From positions 2,622 to 66,621 of IMG/VR virus record IMGVR_UViG_2937808278_000002: 64,000 nt of DNA; one strand, given 5' to 3'. Source of the stretch: a virus (lineage: Duplodnaviria > Caudoviricetes). The translations under genes and the position numbers were made by a program. A model generated the notes under the pieces. It saw only the letters and a list, made by a program, of their open reading frames with translations. It was not told where the DNA came from and did not search any database. Shown piece by piece: positions 46,326 to 55,042 of this stretch; within the stretch, counting starts at the first letter, position 1, and the number at the start of each line of letters is the position of its first letter.

Positions 46326-47051
46326 TTACTCCGGATTCAGCGCCCGCAGGCGCATGGCAATCTTCTGGCGCAAGGTGCCGACGCCCACCTTGCCGTGCAG
46401 CTTGTCGGCCTGGGCCAGCCAGTGGTCTGCCTGCTCCAGGGTGGCGCTATCCCCCACGGCGCTGGGGCGGGGCTGTCCGTCGTGGTCGCGCAGCAGCAGG
46501 CAACCCGCAGCCTTGAACCACTTGGCGGTCAGCCGTTCGTTGAGGCGCCACTCGTTGCGCACCTTGTCGAACACCCGGGAGAACCAGGGCTCGACGGCGT
46601 GCCCCTCGGCCGCCTGCTTCTCGGCCCACTCCAGCACGGTGTCGGCCACGAAGTGGGCCCAGTCGCGCTTGATGTTGGCCGGGGTGCGCTGGCCCTGGGC
46701 GATGGCGAGATCCGCCCAGGCGATGCCGGCGTTGAAGTCGCCCACATCGAAAGCCCAGATGATGAGGCGCTGAAACAGCTCGTTCTGATAGGGCTGGCCG
46801 GACTCAGCAACGGCGGCCAGATAGCGCTCCACATAGGGGCGGTACTTGGGCATCAGCTCATCGCGTTTCATGTTCACCCGGTCGCCGATGCGGGCCAGCT
46901 TGCGCAGCCTGACGATGTCCTGCTCCAGGGCAATCAGTTGCAGGTGCAGGCTGTCGGCCACCGCGCCGGTGGCCATGCCAGAGCAGGCGGCCTGCTCGGC
47001 CCCCTGCATGGCGAGTACACGCTGTTTGTGGCGTTGACCGGGTGAGCTCAT
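46326..47051 (-). CDS. Terminase small subunit (M-like)
   Basis: SPGQRHK...KRDELMPKYRPYV...TAKWFK...VGVGT. Confidence 0.88.
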   Translation of the reverse strand: MSSPGQRHKQRVLAMQGAEQAACSGMATGAVADSLHLQLIALEQDIVRLRKLARIGDRVNMKRDELMPKYRPYVERYLAAVAESGQPYQNELFQRLIIWAFDVGDFNAGIAWADLAIAQGQRTPANIKRDWAHFVADTVLEWAEKQAAEGHAVEPWFSRVFDKVRNEWRLNERLTAKWFKAAGCLLLRDHDGQPRPSAVGDSATLEQADHWLAQADKLHGKVGVGTLRQKIAMRLRALNPE

Positions 47052-47054
47052 GGG

Positions 47055-48131
47055 TTAGCCCTGGGCCGCTTGAGCGGCAGCTTCGGCGGCGAGAACTGCC
47101 GGATCAGCACCGATCTCGATGTCGGCCTCTTCAAAGCCGCCGTATGCCTTGTGCTCGCCCAGGGCATAGCCCTCCATGCGCCAGTACTGGTTGTCGAAGC
47201 TCTTGCTGTCCTGGTTGTCGTCCGCCTTGCGCTTGCGGGTACCGCGCTGGGTGTAGCAGTGCAGGTTGTCCAGGGTGGTGACCACCATCCGCTTGCCCGG
47301 GAAGAAGGGCGGGATATAGGCGCGGCGCCCGGCGATGGACTTGGCCAGCTGCTGGGCGGCGATCTGCTCGCTCGGCTTGGTGGCTTCGCTGTAGAGCTTG
47401 GCCTGAGCGGCTGCGACCAGATCGGTACCGACCAGCACCACCAGACGGGGGTCTTGCTGGAACAGCGGGTCGATGGTGGTGTTGATGAGGTCGGAGGCCA
47501 TCTCATCCAGGGTCTTGTACTCGCCCTTGCCGTCCGGGTCGAAGTAGATCTTCTCGCCAGGCGCTGCCTTGATGATCTGGCTACCACCTGTCCACTCGCG
47601 GGCGATCTGGTGCCAACCCTTGTTGACGTCTTGACCCAGCGGGTTCGCCGTCGGATCGGTGTCATCGGCTGCAGACACGCCATTCCAGCCGACCCGCAGC
47701 ATGTCGAGCGCAAACGCCTTGTTGACGAACTCGCCGACCAGCTTGATGAACTCGCCCTCGCTACCGGCGTTGGCCCAGGTGCAGAGGGTGGCCCAATCCA
47801 GCGAGGCGCAGGAGTCGGTCTCGGTCAGTTCGTAGGTGTTGCCATCCACACCGACTTTGCCCTTGAAGCGACCACCTTTTTTACGACCGGTGTAGAGCTG
47901 ACCCACGCCAACCTGCACGACTTGGCCCTTGATCTGATCCACATCCAGGCAGGTGATGAGGCCAAGGAACTCGACGGAGGCGAGCAGGGCAGATCGCAGG
48001 GTGGTTTCCACCGGGCCGGTGACACTGAACTGCTTGTCCAGCTTGCTGATGTCGATGCCGTAGGCCTTGGCCAGGGCATCGCAGTATTTGTTCAGGCGCT
48101 GTTCGGCCTGAACGGTCAGGGTTTGGCTCAC
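47055..48131 (-). CDS. Major capsid protein, P2 family (GTG start)
   Basis: VSQTLT...ALDMLRVGWNG...NPLGQDVNKGW; RBS AAGGAG. Confidence 0.93.
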   Translation of the reverse strand: MSQTLTVQAEQRLNKYCDALAKAYGIDISKLDKQFSVTGPVETTLRSALLASVEFLGLITCLDVDQIKGQVVQVGVGQLYTGRKKGGRFKGKVGVDGNTYELTETDSCASLDWATLCTWANAGSEGEFIKLVGEFVNKAFALDMLRVGWNGVSAADDTDPTANPLGQDVNKGWHQIAREWTGGSQIIKAAPGEKIYFDPDGKGEYKTLDEMASDLINTTIDPLFQQDPRLVVLVGTDLVAAAQAKLYSEATKPSEQIAAQQLAKSIAGRRAYIPPFFPGKRMVVTTLDNLHCYTQRGTRKRKADDNQDSKSFDNQYWRMEGYALGEHKAYGGFEEADIEIGADPAVLAAEAAAQAAQG

Positions 48132-48141
48132 TGGATGCTCC

Positions 48142-49005
48142 TTAGCAAACTTGGTAGATGGTGTCGTCACCGCCGATGGCGCCCGGGCGCTGGCCCGGCT
48201 TCTCTGCAGAGAACTGGTCAATCTGGCCTTTCAGCTCGCCGACGGTGCTGGCCAGACCGGCCAGGGTCTCTTCCAGCTTGCTGAACTGCTCGGCGCTGAT
48301 GCCGACCTTCTCTTCTTTCGCCGGTTCGGTCACAGGGGCGGTGGTTTCCGGTTTGGCTTCCAGCTTGGCGCTGAAGCCTTCGATCTTGGTGCCCAGGCCG
48401 CTGACGGCCCCCAGCAACTGATCGAACTGCTCTTTGGTCATTTCCTCATCCTCGGGTTGGCTGGGGGTAGGTTGGATGGCTGGCTCGCCGTGGCTGGCCA
48501 GGAAGCTGAAAAACTTGGCAATCAGGCCATCGGCCTTTTCGTGCTTGGGCAGCTTGAACATGGATAGATCCAGCGGTTCGCTGGTACCGATCAGGCGAGA
48601 CTCGCCCTTCTTCTTGAACTTGAGGTGGGTGGTGCCGGTGCTGGCAGGCTCATCGGTGACGCCCAGGCCGCGCAGATAGGTGCGGCCCAGATCGGCAAAC
48701 TGCTCTTGTGGTTCGATGGAACAGAACTGGTACTGGCCAACCTGGTTGTAATAAACCAGATCCCTGGTCGGACTCAGGATGGCGAACAGCTTGAGCTTGC
48801 CATCTACGACGTCGGTCTTGAGCTCCTGCACATAGCCGAAGTTTGCCCAGCGGTCGTGCTCGGGCCATATCAGTGCTGTGTAGTATTCCGGGTCGTAGGT
48901 CTCGGCCATATCAGTCAGCCAAGCAGCGGTGATCTCCCTGCCATCGACGGTGGTACCTTCGGTGGCGATACAGACCCATCCAGTTCTCAAGGTTGATGTG
49001 TTCAT
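48142..49005 (-). CDS. Capsid scaffolding protein (O-like)
   Basis: WVCIATEGTTVDGREI...YLRGLGVTDEPASTGT. Confidence 0.92.
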   Translation of the reverse strand: MNTSTLRTGWVCIATEGTTVDGREITAAWLTDMAETYDPEYYTALIWPEHDRWANFGYVQELKTDVVDGKLKLFAILSPTRDLVYYNQVGQYQFCSIEPQEQFADLGRTYLRGLGVTDEPASTGTTHLKFKKKGESRLIGTSEPLDLSMFKLPKHEKADGLIAKFFSFLASHGEPAIQPTPSQPEDEEMTKEQFDQLLGAVSGLGTKIEGFSAKLEAKPETTAPVTEPAKEEKVGISAEQFSKLEETLAGLASTVGELKGQIDQFSAEKPGQRPGAIGGDDTIYQVC

Positions 49006-49076
49006 GCCTACTCCCAAGTGATGCGGGCTCAGGCTATCGGGTCGGCAAGGGGGTTTCACGCTATGGCGTTCTGCTG

Positions 49077-49104
49077 AATTCGGATCCAGTAGGAAATCCG
49101 AATT
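49077..49104. promoter_or_regulatory. Inverted repeat in the divergent late promoter
   Basis: AATTCGGAT-N10-ATCCGAATT between the scaffold and terminase genes. Confidence 0.5.
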
Positions 49105-49180
49105 GCTCCGAACATCAGTGGGATAAGTGGGGGGAGGGGGCTGGCTATGATGGCGCCATCATTCACCGGATGGAGGCGCC

Positions 49181-50995
49181 GTGGCGTACCCCGAAGAGAT
49201 CCGCAATGCGGCGAAGGGACTCTACCTTAAACGATGGACACCCCAGGAGATCAAGGACGAACTGGGGCTCAACTCCTGTCGCATCATCTACTACTGGGCC
49301 GAAAAGCTCGGCTGGCGTGACCTGCTGACCGAGGAAGCGGTCGAGGATGCCATCAATCGCCGGGTGCAGGTGTTGCTGCACCGTGAGAAGAAAACCCCGG
49401 GCGAGCAGGAGGAGCTGGACAGGCTCATCGGCCACCATGTCAGCCTCAAAGAGAAGGCGCTCAAGTGGGCCGAGCGCGAGCAGGCCCTCAAGGCCCAGCG
49501 GGCGGAAGGGAGTGAACCCGGGCCCAGCCGTGGCAAGCGTGAGCACAACAGCCAGGGAGGGGGCGGCCGCAAGGGCGGCAAGAAGGCCAAGAACGAGATC
49601 GGGCACCTGACGGCCGATGACTTTACCGAGTGGCTGGGCACCCTGTTCGGCTATCAGTTGCGTGTGCGGGAGGCCAAGAACGACCCGGCACTGCCGCGAA
49701 CCCGCAACATCTTGAAGTCCCGTCAGATCGGCATGACCTACTACTTCGCCGGCGAGGCGCTGGAAGATGCGGTGTTGACCGGCGGCAATCAGATTTTCCT
49801 GTCTGCCACCCGGGCCCAGGCGGAGGTGTTCCGCTCCTACATCTGCAAGATTGCCCAGACCTTCCTGGGTGTCACCCTGACCGGCAACCCCATCGTGCTG
49901 TCGAACGGGGCCGAGCTGCACTTCTGCTCCACCAACTCCAACAGTGCCCAGTCCCGATCCGGCAACGTCTACATCGACGAATACTTCTGGATCCCCAACT
50001 TCGAGAAGCTCTCGGACGTGGCCAGTGCCATGGCGACCCAGAGCCACTGGCGCAAGACCTACTTCTCGACCCCGTCGAGCAAGGTGCACGAGGCTTACCG
50101 GTTCTGGACCGGGGATCGCTGGAAAGGGCAGCGCCCGAGCCGGGTGGCCATCGACTTCCCAGGCGAAGATGACCTGCGTGACGGCGGCCGCGTCTGTCCT
50201 GACAGGCAATGGCGCTACGTCATCACCATTGAGGATGCCATTCGGCTTGGCTGCCACCTCATCGACATCGAGGAGCTCAAAGACGAGTACCCGGAGGAGG
50301 TGTTCGACAGGCTCTACATGTGCCGCTTTATCGACGATGCCCTGTCTGTGTTCAAGTTTCAGGACATGGAGCGGGCAGGGGTGGACCCGACCCGGTGGGA
50401 GGACTACAAGCCCGGTCGGCCTGACCCGTTCGGACGACGCGAGGTGTGGATGGGCTACGACCCGAGCCGCACCCGCGACAATGCCACCCTGGTGGTGGTC
50501 GCCCCGCCCACCGTCGCCGGCGAGCGCTTCCGGGTGCTGGAAAAGCACTACTGGCGTGGGCTCAACTTCCAGTTCCAGGCGCAGGAGATAGAGCGCATTG
50601 CCAAGAAATTCCGGGTCACCTATCTCGGGGTCGATGTCTCTGGCATCGGCTCCGGGGTGTTTGACCTCTTGAAGCCGGTCTTCAAAGGGGTGTGCTACCC
50701 CATCAACTACAGCATCGAGAGCAAGTCACGGCTGGTGCTCAAGATGATCGATGTGGTGGAAGCGAACCGCATCGAGTGGGACAGCACTGATCGGGACATC
50801 CCGCTCGCTTTCCTCGCCATCAAGCGCAGCACCACTGGCGGCGGCCAGATGACCTTCCGGGCCGCCCGGGACAACGTGACCGGACACGCCGACGTGTTTT
50901 TTGCCATCGCCCACGCCGTGGCCAATGAGCCCCTCGATACCCACCGCAAACGCAAATCCACCTGGGCAACCAGCCAAGAGAAGAAGGCAGCATGA
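49181..50995 (+). CDS. Terminase large subunit
   Basis: LKSRQIGMT, YIDEYFW, GYDPSR. Confidence 0.95.
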   Translation: MAYPEEIRNAAKGLYLKRWTPQEIKDELGLNSCRIIYYWAEKLGWRDLLTEEAVEDAINRRVQVLLHREKKTPGEQEELDRLIGHHVSLKEKALKWAEREQALKAQRAEGSEPGPSRGKREHNSQGGGGRKGGKKAKNEIGHLTADDFTEWLGTLFGYQLRVREAKNDPALPRTRNILKSRQIGMTYYFAGEALEDAVLTGGNQIFLSATRAQAEVFRSYICKIAQTFLGVTLTGNPIVLSNGAELHFCSTNSNSAQSRSGNVYIDEYFWIPNFEKLSDVASAMATQSHWRKTYFSTPSSKVHEAYRFWTGDRWKGQRPSRVAIDFPGEDDLRDGGRVCPDRQWRYVITIEDAIRLGCHLIDIEELKDEYPEEVFDRLYMCRFIDDALSVFKFQDMERAGVDPTRWEDYKPGRPDPFGRREVWMGYDPSRTRDNATLVVVAPPTVAGERFRVLEKHYWRGLNFQFQAQEIERIAKKFRVTYLGVDVSGIGSGVFDLLKPVFKGVCYPINYSIESKSRLVLKMIDVVEANRIEWDSTDRDIPLAFLAIKRSTTGGGQMTFRAARDNVTGHADVFFAIAHAVANEPLDTHRKRKSTWATSQEKKAA

Positions 50996-52005
50996 CCAAG
51001 CGAAAGACACAACAACCGGCCCAGGCGGCCGCTTCATCCCCTCGGCCCTCGGTGGTGTTCAGCATGCCGGAGGCCATCGACCCCACGGCCTGGATGACCG
51101 ATTACACCGGGGTGTTTTACAACCCCTATGGGGAATACTACCAGCCGCCCATCGACCGCAAAGGGCTGGCCAAGGTGGCCCGGGCCAATGCCCACCATGG
51201 GGCCATCCTGATGGCGAGGCGGAACATGGTGGCGGGGCGCTTTACCAATCAACGCGCCACCATCACGGCGTTCGTGCACAACTACCTGCAGTTTGGTGAT
51301 GGTGGCTTGCTGAAGCTGCGCAACAGTTTCGGCCAGGTGGTGGGGCTGCACCCGCTCTCGAGCGTCTATCTGCGCCGGCGCGAGGATGGCTGCTTTGTCT
51401 ACCTGCAGCAGGGCAAGCCGAACCTGATTTACCGCCCGGATGATGTGATTTGGCTGGCCCAGTATGACCCCGAGCAGCAGGTCTATGGCATGCCTGATTA
51501 CCTGGGCGGCCTGCAGTCGGCACTGCTCAACCAGGACGCCACCCTGTTTCGGCGCAAATACTTCCTCAACGGCGCCCACATGGGGTTCATCTTCTACGCG
51601 ACCGACCCGAACATGGACGATGACACCGAGGAGGAGATGAAGCAGATGATCGCGAACTCCAAGGGGGTGGGGAACTTCCGCTCCATGTTCGTGAACATCC
51701 CGGACGGCAAGCCCGATGGCATCAAGCTGATCCCGGTGGGGGACATCGCGACCAAGGACGAGTTCGCGGCCATCAAGGGGATCACTTCCCAGGACGTGCT
51801 GACGGCGCACCGCTTTCCGGCGGCGCTGGCCGGCATCATCCCGATCAACGGCGGCGGGCTCGGGGATCCCGAGAAGTACGATGCCACCTATTCCAGGAAC
51901 GAGGTACTGCCGCTGTGTGAGCTGGTGCAGGACGCCATCAACAGCGCTGGCCTGCCCCGGGCGTTGTGGGTCACGTTTCGAGAAGCGATAGGGTCTGCTG
52001 TATAA
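50992..52005 (+). CDS. Portal protein (PBSX family)
   Basis: QQVYGMPDYLGG...YFLNGAHMGFI. Confidence 0.95.
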   Translation: MTKRKTQQPAQAAASSPRPSVVFSMPEAIDPTAWMTDYTGVFYNPYGEYYQPPIDRKGLAKVARANAHHGAILMARRNMVAGRFTNQRATITAFVHNYLQFGDGGLLKLRNSFGQVVGLHPLSSVYLRRREDGCFVYLQQGKPNLIYRPDDVIWLAQYDPEQQVYGMPDYLGGLQSALLNQDATLFRRKYFLNGAHMGFIFYATDPNMDDDTEEEMKQMIANSKGVGNFRSMFVNIPDGKPDGIKLIPVGDIATKDEFAAIKGITSQDVLTAHRFPAALAGIIPINGGGLGDPEKYDATYSRNEVLPLCELVQDAINSAGLPRALWVTFREAIGSAV

Positions 52006-52013
52006 AAACACAG
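51998..52013. promoter_or_regulatory. LexA (SOS) box upstream of ogr
   Basis: CTGT-ATAAAAAC-ACAG, a perfect CTGT-N8-ACAG with AT-rich spacer; TAAGAT -10 candidate downstream. Confidence 0.75.
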
Positions 52014-52067
52014 TCTTATTGGTGTAAGATGCAACCTGGTGGTTGAAATTTCGATTTATCGGGAGGG

Positions 52068-52322
52068 GTGATGCGGGTTTTTTGCAAAGAGTGTGGCCAG
52101 CGAGGCCGTATTACCAAGACCAATCGGCTGAGCGATGAGGTCTCTGATCTCTATTGTCAGTGCACCGATGCGGAGTGTGGTCATAGCTGGGTAGCCACAC
52201 TGTCGTTCACTCACACGCTGAGTCCGTCAGCCAGGACGACGAACCAGCTGGTGCTGGGGCTGCTTGGATCACTGACGCCAGAGGGGCGGCAGTTGGTACT
52301 GAAAGGACTGGGGGCGCAATAG
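52068..52322 (+). CDS. ogr: Ogr/Delta-like late transcription activator
   Basis: CKECG...ITKT...LYCQC...ECGH.W. Confidence 0.9.
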   Translation: MMRVFCKECGQRGRITKTNRLSDEVSDLYCQCTDAECGHSWVATLSFTHTLSPSARTTNQLVLGLLGSLTPEGRQLVLKGLGAQ

Positions 52323-52337
52323 CGCCCCTCGCTTTTT
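52311..52337. terminator. Hairpin between convergent genes
   Basis: GGGGCGC AATA GCGCCCC followed by a T run. Confidence 0.55.
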
Positions 52338-52341
52338 CAAC

Positions 52342-52776
52342 TCAGTATTGCGAGAGGGCTTGCTCCGCCTCGATGTCCTGGTCGGCGCAGGCCTTGATCA
52401 TGACCCACCCACCTATCTTCCCCATCCTGTCGGCACAGGATTCCACTTTCTTCATGTGCTTTGCGTACTTGTCTTGATTGTTCAAGATGGCCTGCCGCGC
52501 TTCTATGTTCTGGTCTGAGCAGGCTTTGACCATGCTCCAGCCATATTCCTTGGTGGTTCTGACACAGAACTTGACGATCTTCTCGTGGGGCCGGTAGTTG
52601 GCCAGCAGCTGTTCAAAGGCCTCCAGATCCTGGTCCACACAGGCCTTGACCATGGCGGCGCCGTACTGGTTCATCTGGTCTTTGCAGCGCTCGATGACCG
52701 CTGTTTTTTCGGTATCACTGATGGCCATGACGGAGGTGGCCAGCAACAACAGGCTGGCCGCGATAACTCGATTCAT
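52342..52776 (-). CDS. Secreted protein with three Cys-containing ~40-aa repeats
   Basis: Signal peptide MNRVIAASLLLLATSVMA; repeats C...(Y)G(W).M(V/I)KAC.DQ..EA. Confidence 0.8.
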   Translation of the reverse strand: MNRVIAASLLLLATSVMAISDTEKTAVIERCKDQMNQYGAAMVKACVDQDLEAFEQLLANYRPHEKIVKFCVRTTKEYGWSMVKACSDQNIEARQAILNNQDKYAKHMKKVESCADRMGKIGGWVMIKACADQDIEAEQALSQY

Positions 52777-52851
52777 CTTGTTGTTCTCATTTGGGCGTGA
52801 ATCTGCATGCTATCAAAACCTCCGCCCCCTTGGCGCGTGACCGGTCACTTT

Positions 52852-53016
52852 TCAGTTAACTGGCCTCTTTTCTTGTTCCTCCAGCATCATGCCCAATTCG
52901 CATAACGTGGCGATAGCCCGGCACATGCCCTCCCTGTCTTCCAGTTTCAGGTCCGGGGTGATTTTCGCTATCTCCCTGATTGAACTGTAAATTTCTGTTT
53001 GAATCCCCGCCTGCAC
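52852..53016 (-). CDS. Small hypothetical protein (54 aa, GTG start; not in the ORF track)
   Basis: AGGAGG RBS; MQAGIQTEIYSSIREIAKITPDLKLEDREGMCRAIATLCELGMMLEEQEKRPVN. Confidence 0.6.
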   Translation of the reverse strand: MQAGIQTEIYSSIREIAKITPDLKLEDREGMCRAIATLCELGMMLEEQEKRPVN

Positions 53017-53173
53017 ATTGCCTCCTACTGCTGGTTAGACCTGACAATTTTATCTGTGACCTGATTGCATATCTCGACGTTCGCCGACTAGATTTTTCAT
53101 ATCTGTGAATTTTGACCTGTCAGATCTGACAGTCATCACGGCCCCGAGCACGGGCACCTGCTGGAGGCGCCCC

Positions 53174-53539
53174 ATGAAAAAGAAAATCAACCTCGCCCGG
53201 GCCTATGTGGTTCGTGCCAAAGGCATCACTCGCGCCGTGCTGAAACGCCATGGCATGACCAACGCTGCTACAGGCAAGGTCATCCATGTTGCTCCCGCGA
53301 CGATTGGCCGCTGGCTTGATGACCAGACTCCCACCTTTTTTGACCTAGAACACGCCGCCGCCATCTGTATCCATCTCGGGATCCCTCTCTCTCATCTGCT
53401 GCCACCCAGTGACTGGCTGGTCGGAAACCTCTACAAAACCCACCATCACCAGCGCAGGGATCAACTGATGGCCCTGAGCGAGGATGAGATCGATTGGCTG
53501 CTGGCTGTTCGCGCCGGAGCCATGGCCTGTTATCGCTGA
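53174..53539 (+). CDS. XRE-like HTH protein (121 aa from MKKKIN)
   Basis: GMTNAATGKVIHVAPATIGRWLD...DLEHAAAICIHLGIPLSHLL; GGAGG RBS. Confidence 0.7.
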   Translation: MKKKINLARAYVVRAKGITRAVLKRHGMTNAATGKVIHVAPATIGRWLDDQTPTFFDLEHAAAICIHLGIPLSHLLPPSDWLVGNLYKTHHHQRRDQLMALSEDEIDWLLAVRAGAMACYR

Positions 53540-53964
53540 TGCCTATCATAAGGCCTTGGATCTGACGCACCAAGGGGGACTCATATCGACCAATTTACGG
53601 GTGGTGAAATACCCTCCGATAGCTCCGGAAATTCAGTGTATGGATGAATTGGAAAGCATGTTATCCATGTTGCATCGGAGCGGTCAAATATTTTATACCC
53701 TCTGCAATCATCATTTACGAACTCAGGCGCTTTGCTTGCCTATCATTATTTTAATGAAAAAAAACATCCTAACCTCAATGCCTTATCGTCAGTCGCTGAC
53801 TTTTAATAAATGCCACTTCACAATTATGAAATGCTACTTATTAAATGTTGGTGGTTAAGTCAGTATTTCATTCAGTATTTACTGACGTCATTTTTAAAAT
53901 ATTGCTGGTAAGAATTAGTCTGCACCCGCAACAGTAGTCATATATTTGCCAGCACCAAGAATAA

Positions 53965-53982
53965 AGCCCCTCACAAGGGGCT
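53965..53982 (-). terminator. Terminator of the early operon
   Basis: AGCCCCT CACA AGGGGCT; T-rich on the minus strand. Confidence 0.6.
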
Positions 53983-53988
53983 CAATTT

Positions 53989-54321
53989 TTACAGTGCGAT
54001 GTCCTTTTCTCCTTCGGTCAGCCAGCAAGAGGACTCTCCCTTGAAGGTCCCGCCGCACCCTTCCGGCAATGCACAGTCGCAGTTGGGGCAGGTCTGCTGT
54101 TTCATCTCGGCTTCCTGTTCCAGCCAGCGTTCCCAGTCCCGCCGGATCAGGGTGCTGATGTACTCGTCGGCGGAGTAGGGCTCACCGCTGCCAGCCCGGG
54201 CGATGCGCAGCGTCTCCAACTGCTGGCGCTCCCGTTCTGAGAGCGCCACTTCCACCAGCTTGATACCGAGGGCGGCCCGCCTGGCCCGCTGTTCCTGCTT
54301 GCGTTTGGTGGCGGGGTTCAT
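53989..54321 (-). CDS. Conserved hypothetical protein (paralog of 17984-18331)
   Basis: MNPATK...VEVALSERE...CPNCDCALPEGCGG. Confidence 0.75.
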   Translation of the reverse strand: MNPATKRKQEQRARRAALGIKLVEVALSERERQQLETLRIARAGSGEPYSADEYISTLIRRDWERWLEQEAEMKQQTCPNCDCALPEGCGGTFKGESSCWLTEGEKDIAL

Positions 54322-54542
54322 GCTGCGCCCTCTCTTACCACCATGGCATCCTCCTTGGCCCATGCCCGCCAGCTGGAGATAGTTGCCTCCTTCGCCTGCT
54401 CGAGATGCGTCTGACCAGGGTGTTCGTACAGCACATGGGTCACAGTGCCGCGGTCGTTCTGCTTGATGGCTGTCACTTCCCTGGTACTACCGAAGCGGGT
54501 GATCACATCACCCGGTACCGGATGTTTGCGGGGGTCTCTCAT
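54318..54542 (-). CDS. Hypothetical protein
   Basis: 74 aa, ATGA-coupled on both sides. Confidence 0.65.
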   Translation of the reverse strand: MRDPRKHPVPGDVITRFGSTREVTAIKQNDRGTVTHVLYEHPGQTHLEQAKEATISSWRAWAKEDAMVVREGAA

Positions 54543-55042
54543 GATTGAGCTCCTGTCTCGATTTGACGGTGGTCAGCCACTACCTGGTGCAGTGCCGGCC
54601 GGTATGTTGGGTTGAGCTGTGCGGCGGCCCCCGGGTTGGCGCGGTCGATGGCGCTGCCCGGGGCAATAAAGAGGGTGCGACCGGTGACGGCGCACCGGAT
54701 GGTTCCGCTCTGGTCGATGGCCACGGGGGTCAGTCCGTCCACGATATGGCGGCGGCCAACCGAGCGGCCATCAGCTGTCAGCACTGGCACGGTGGGGCGG
54801 CTGGACTTGGCCTGAAACGGGTTCGGCACCTCGGCGGCGATGGCCGGCAGGGCCAGCGATACGGGGCGAGGGTGACGGCGGCGCAGGATGGCGCAGGCCA
54901 CGGCCTGCTGTTTGCCCTTGAGCATCCCCACCCACTGGCTGATCTCGTTGGCTGGCCAGCGCTGCTGGAGAATGCAGGTCACCCGGTTATCCAGGCGGCG
55001 GTACTCTTCGCGGCTGACGGTCTGTGTGCAACTCATGTTCAT
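54539..55042 (-). CDS. Conserved hypothetical protein (paralog of 19686-20177)
   Basis: TVSREEYRRLDNRVTCILQQRWP. Confidence 0.7.
   Translation of the reverse strand: MNMSCTQTVSREEYRRLDNRVTCILQQRWPANEISQWVGMLKGKQQAVACAILRRRHPRPVSLALPAIAAEVPNPFQAKSSRPTVPVLTADGRSVGRRHIVDGLTPVAIDQSGTIRCAVTGRTLFIAPGSAIDRANPGAAAQLNPTYRPALHQVVADHRQIETGAQS

Noticed and set aside
52856-53047. 63-aa minus-strand ORF from the track
   Set aside because: No RBS; the overlapping 54-aa GTG frame has AGGAGG and a more protein-like sequence.
53270-53680. Short similarity GKVIHVA versus GKHVIHVA between the HTH gene and the downstream AT-rich region
   Set aside because: Only ~11 nt shared and the second frame is preceded by a stop; consistent with chance.
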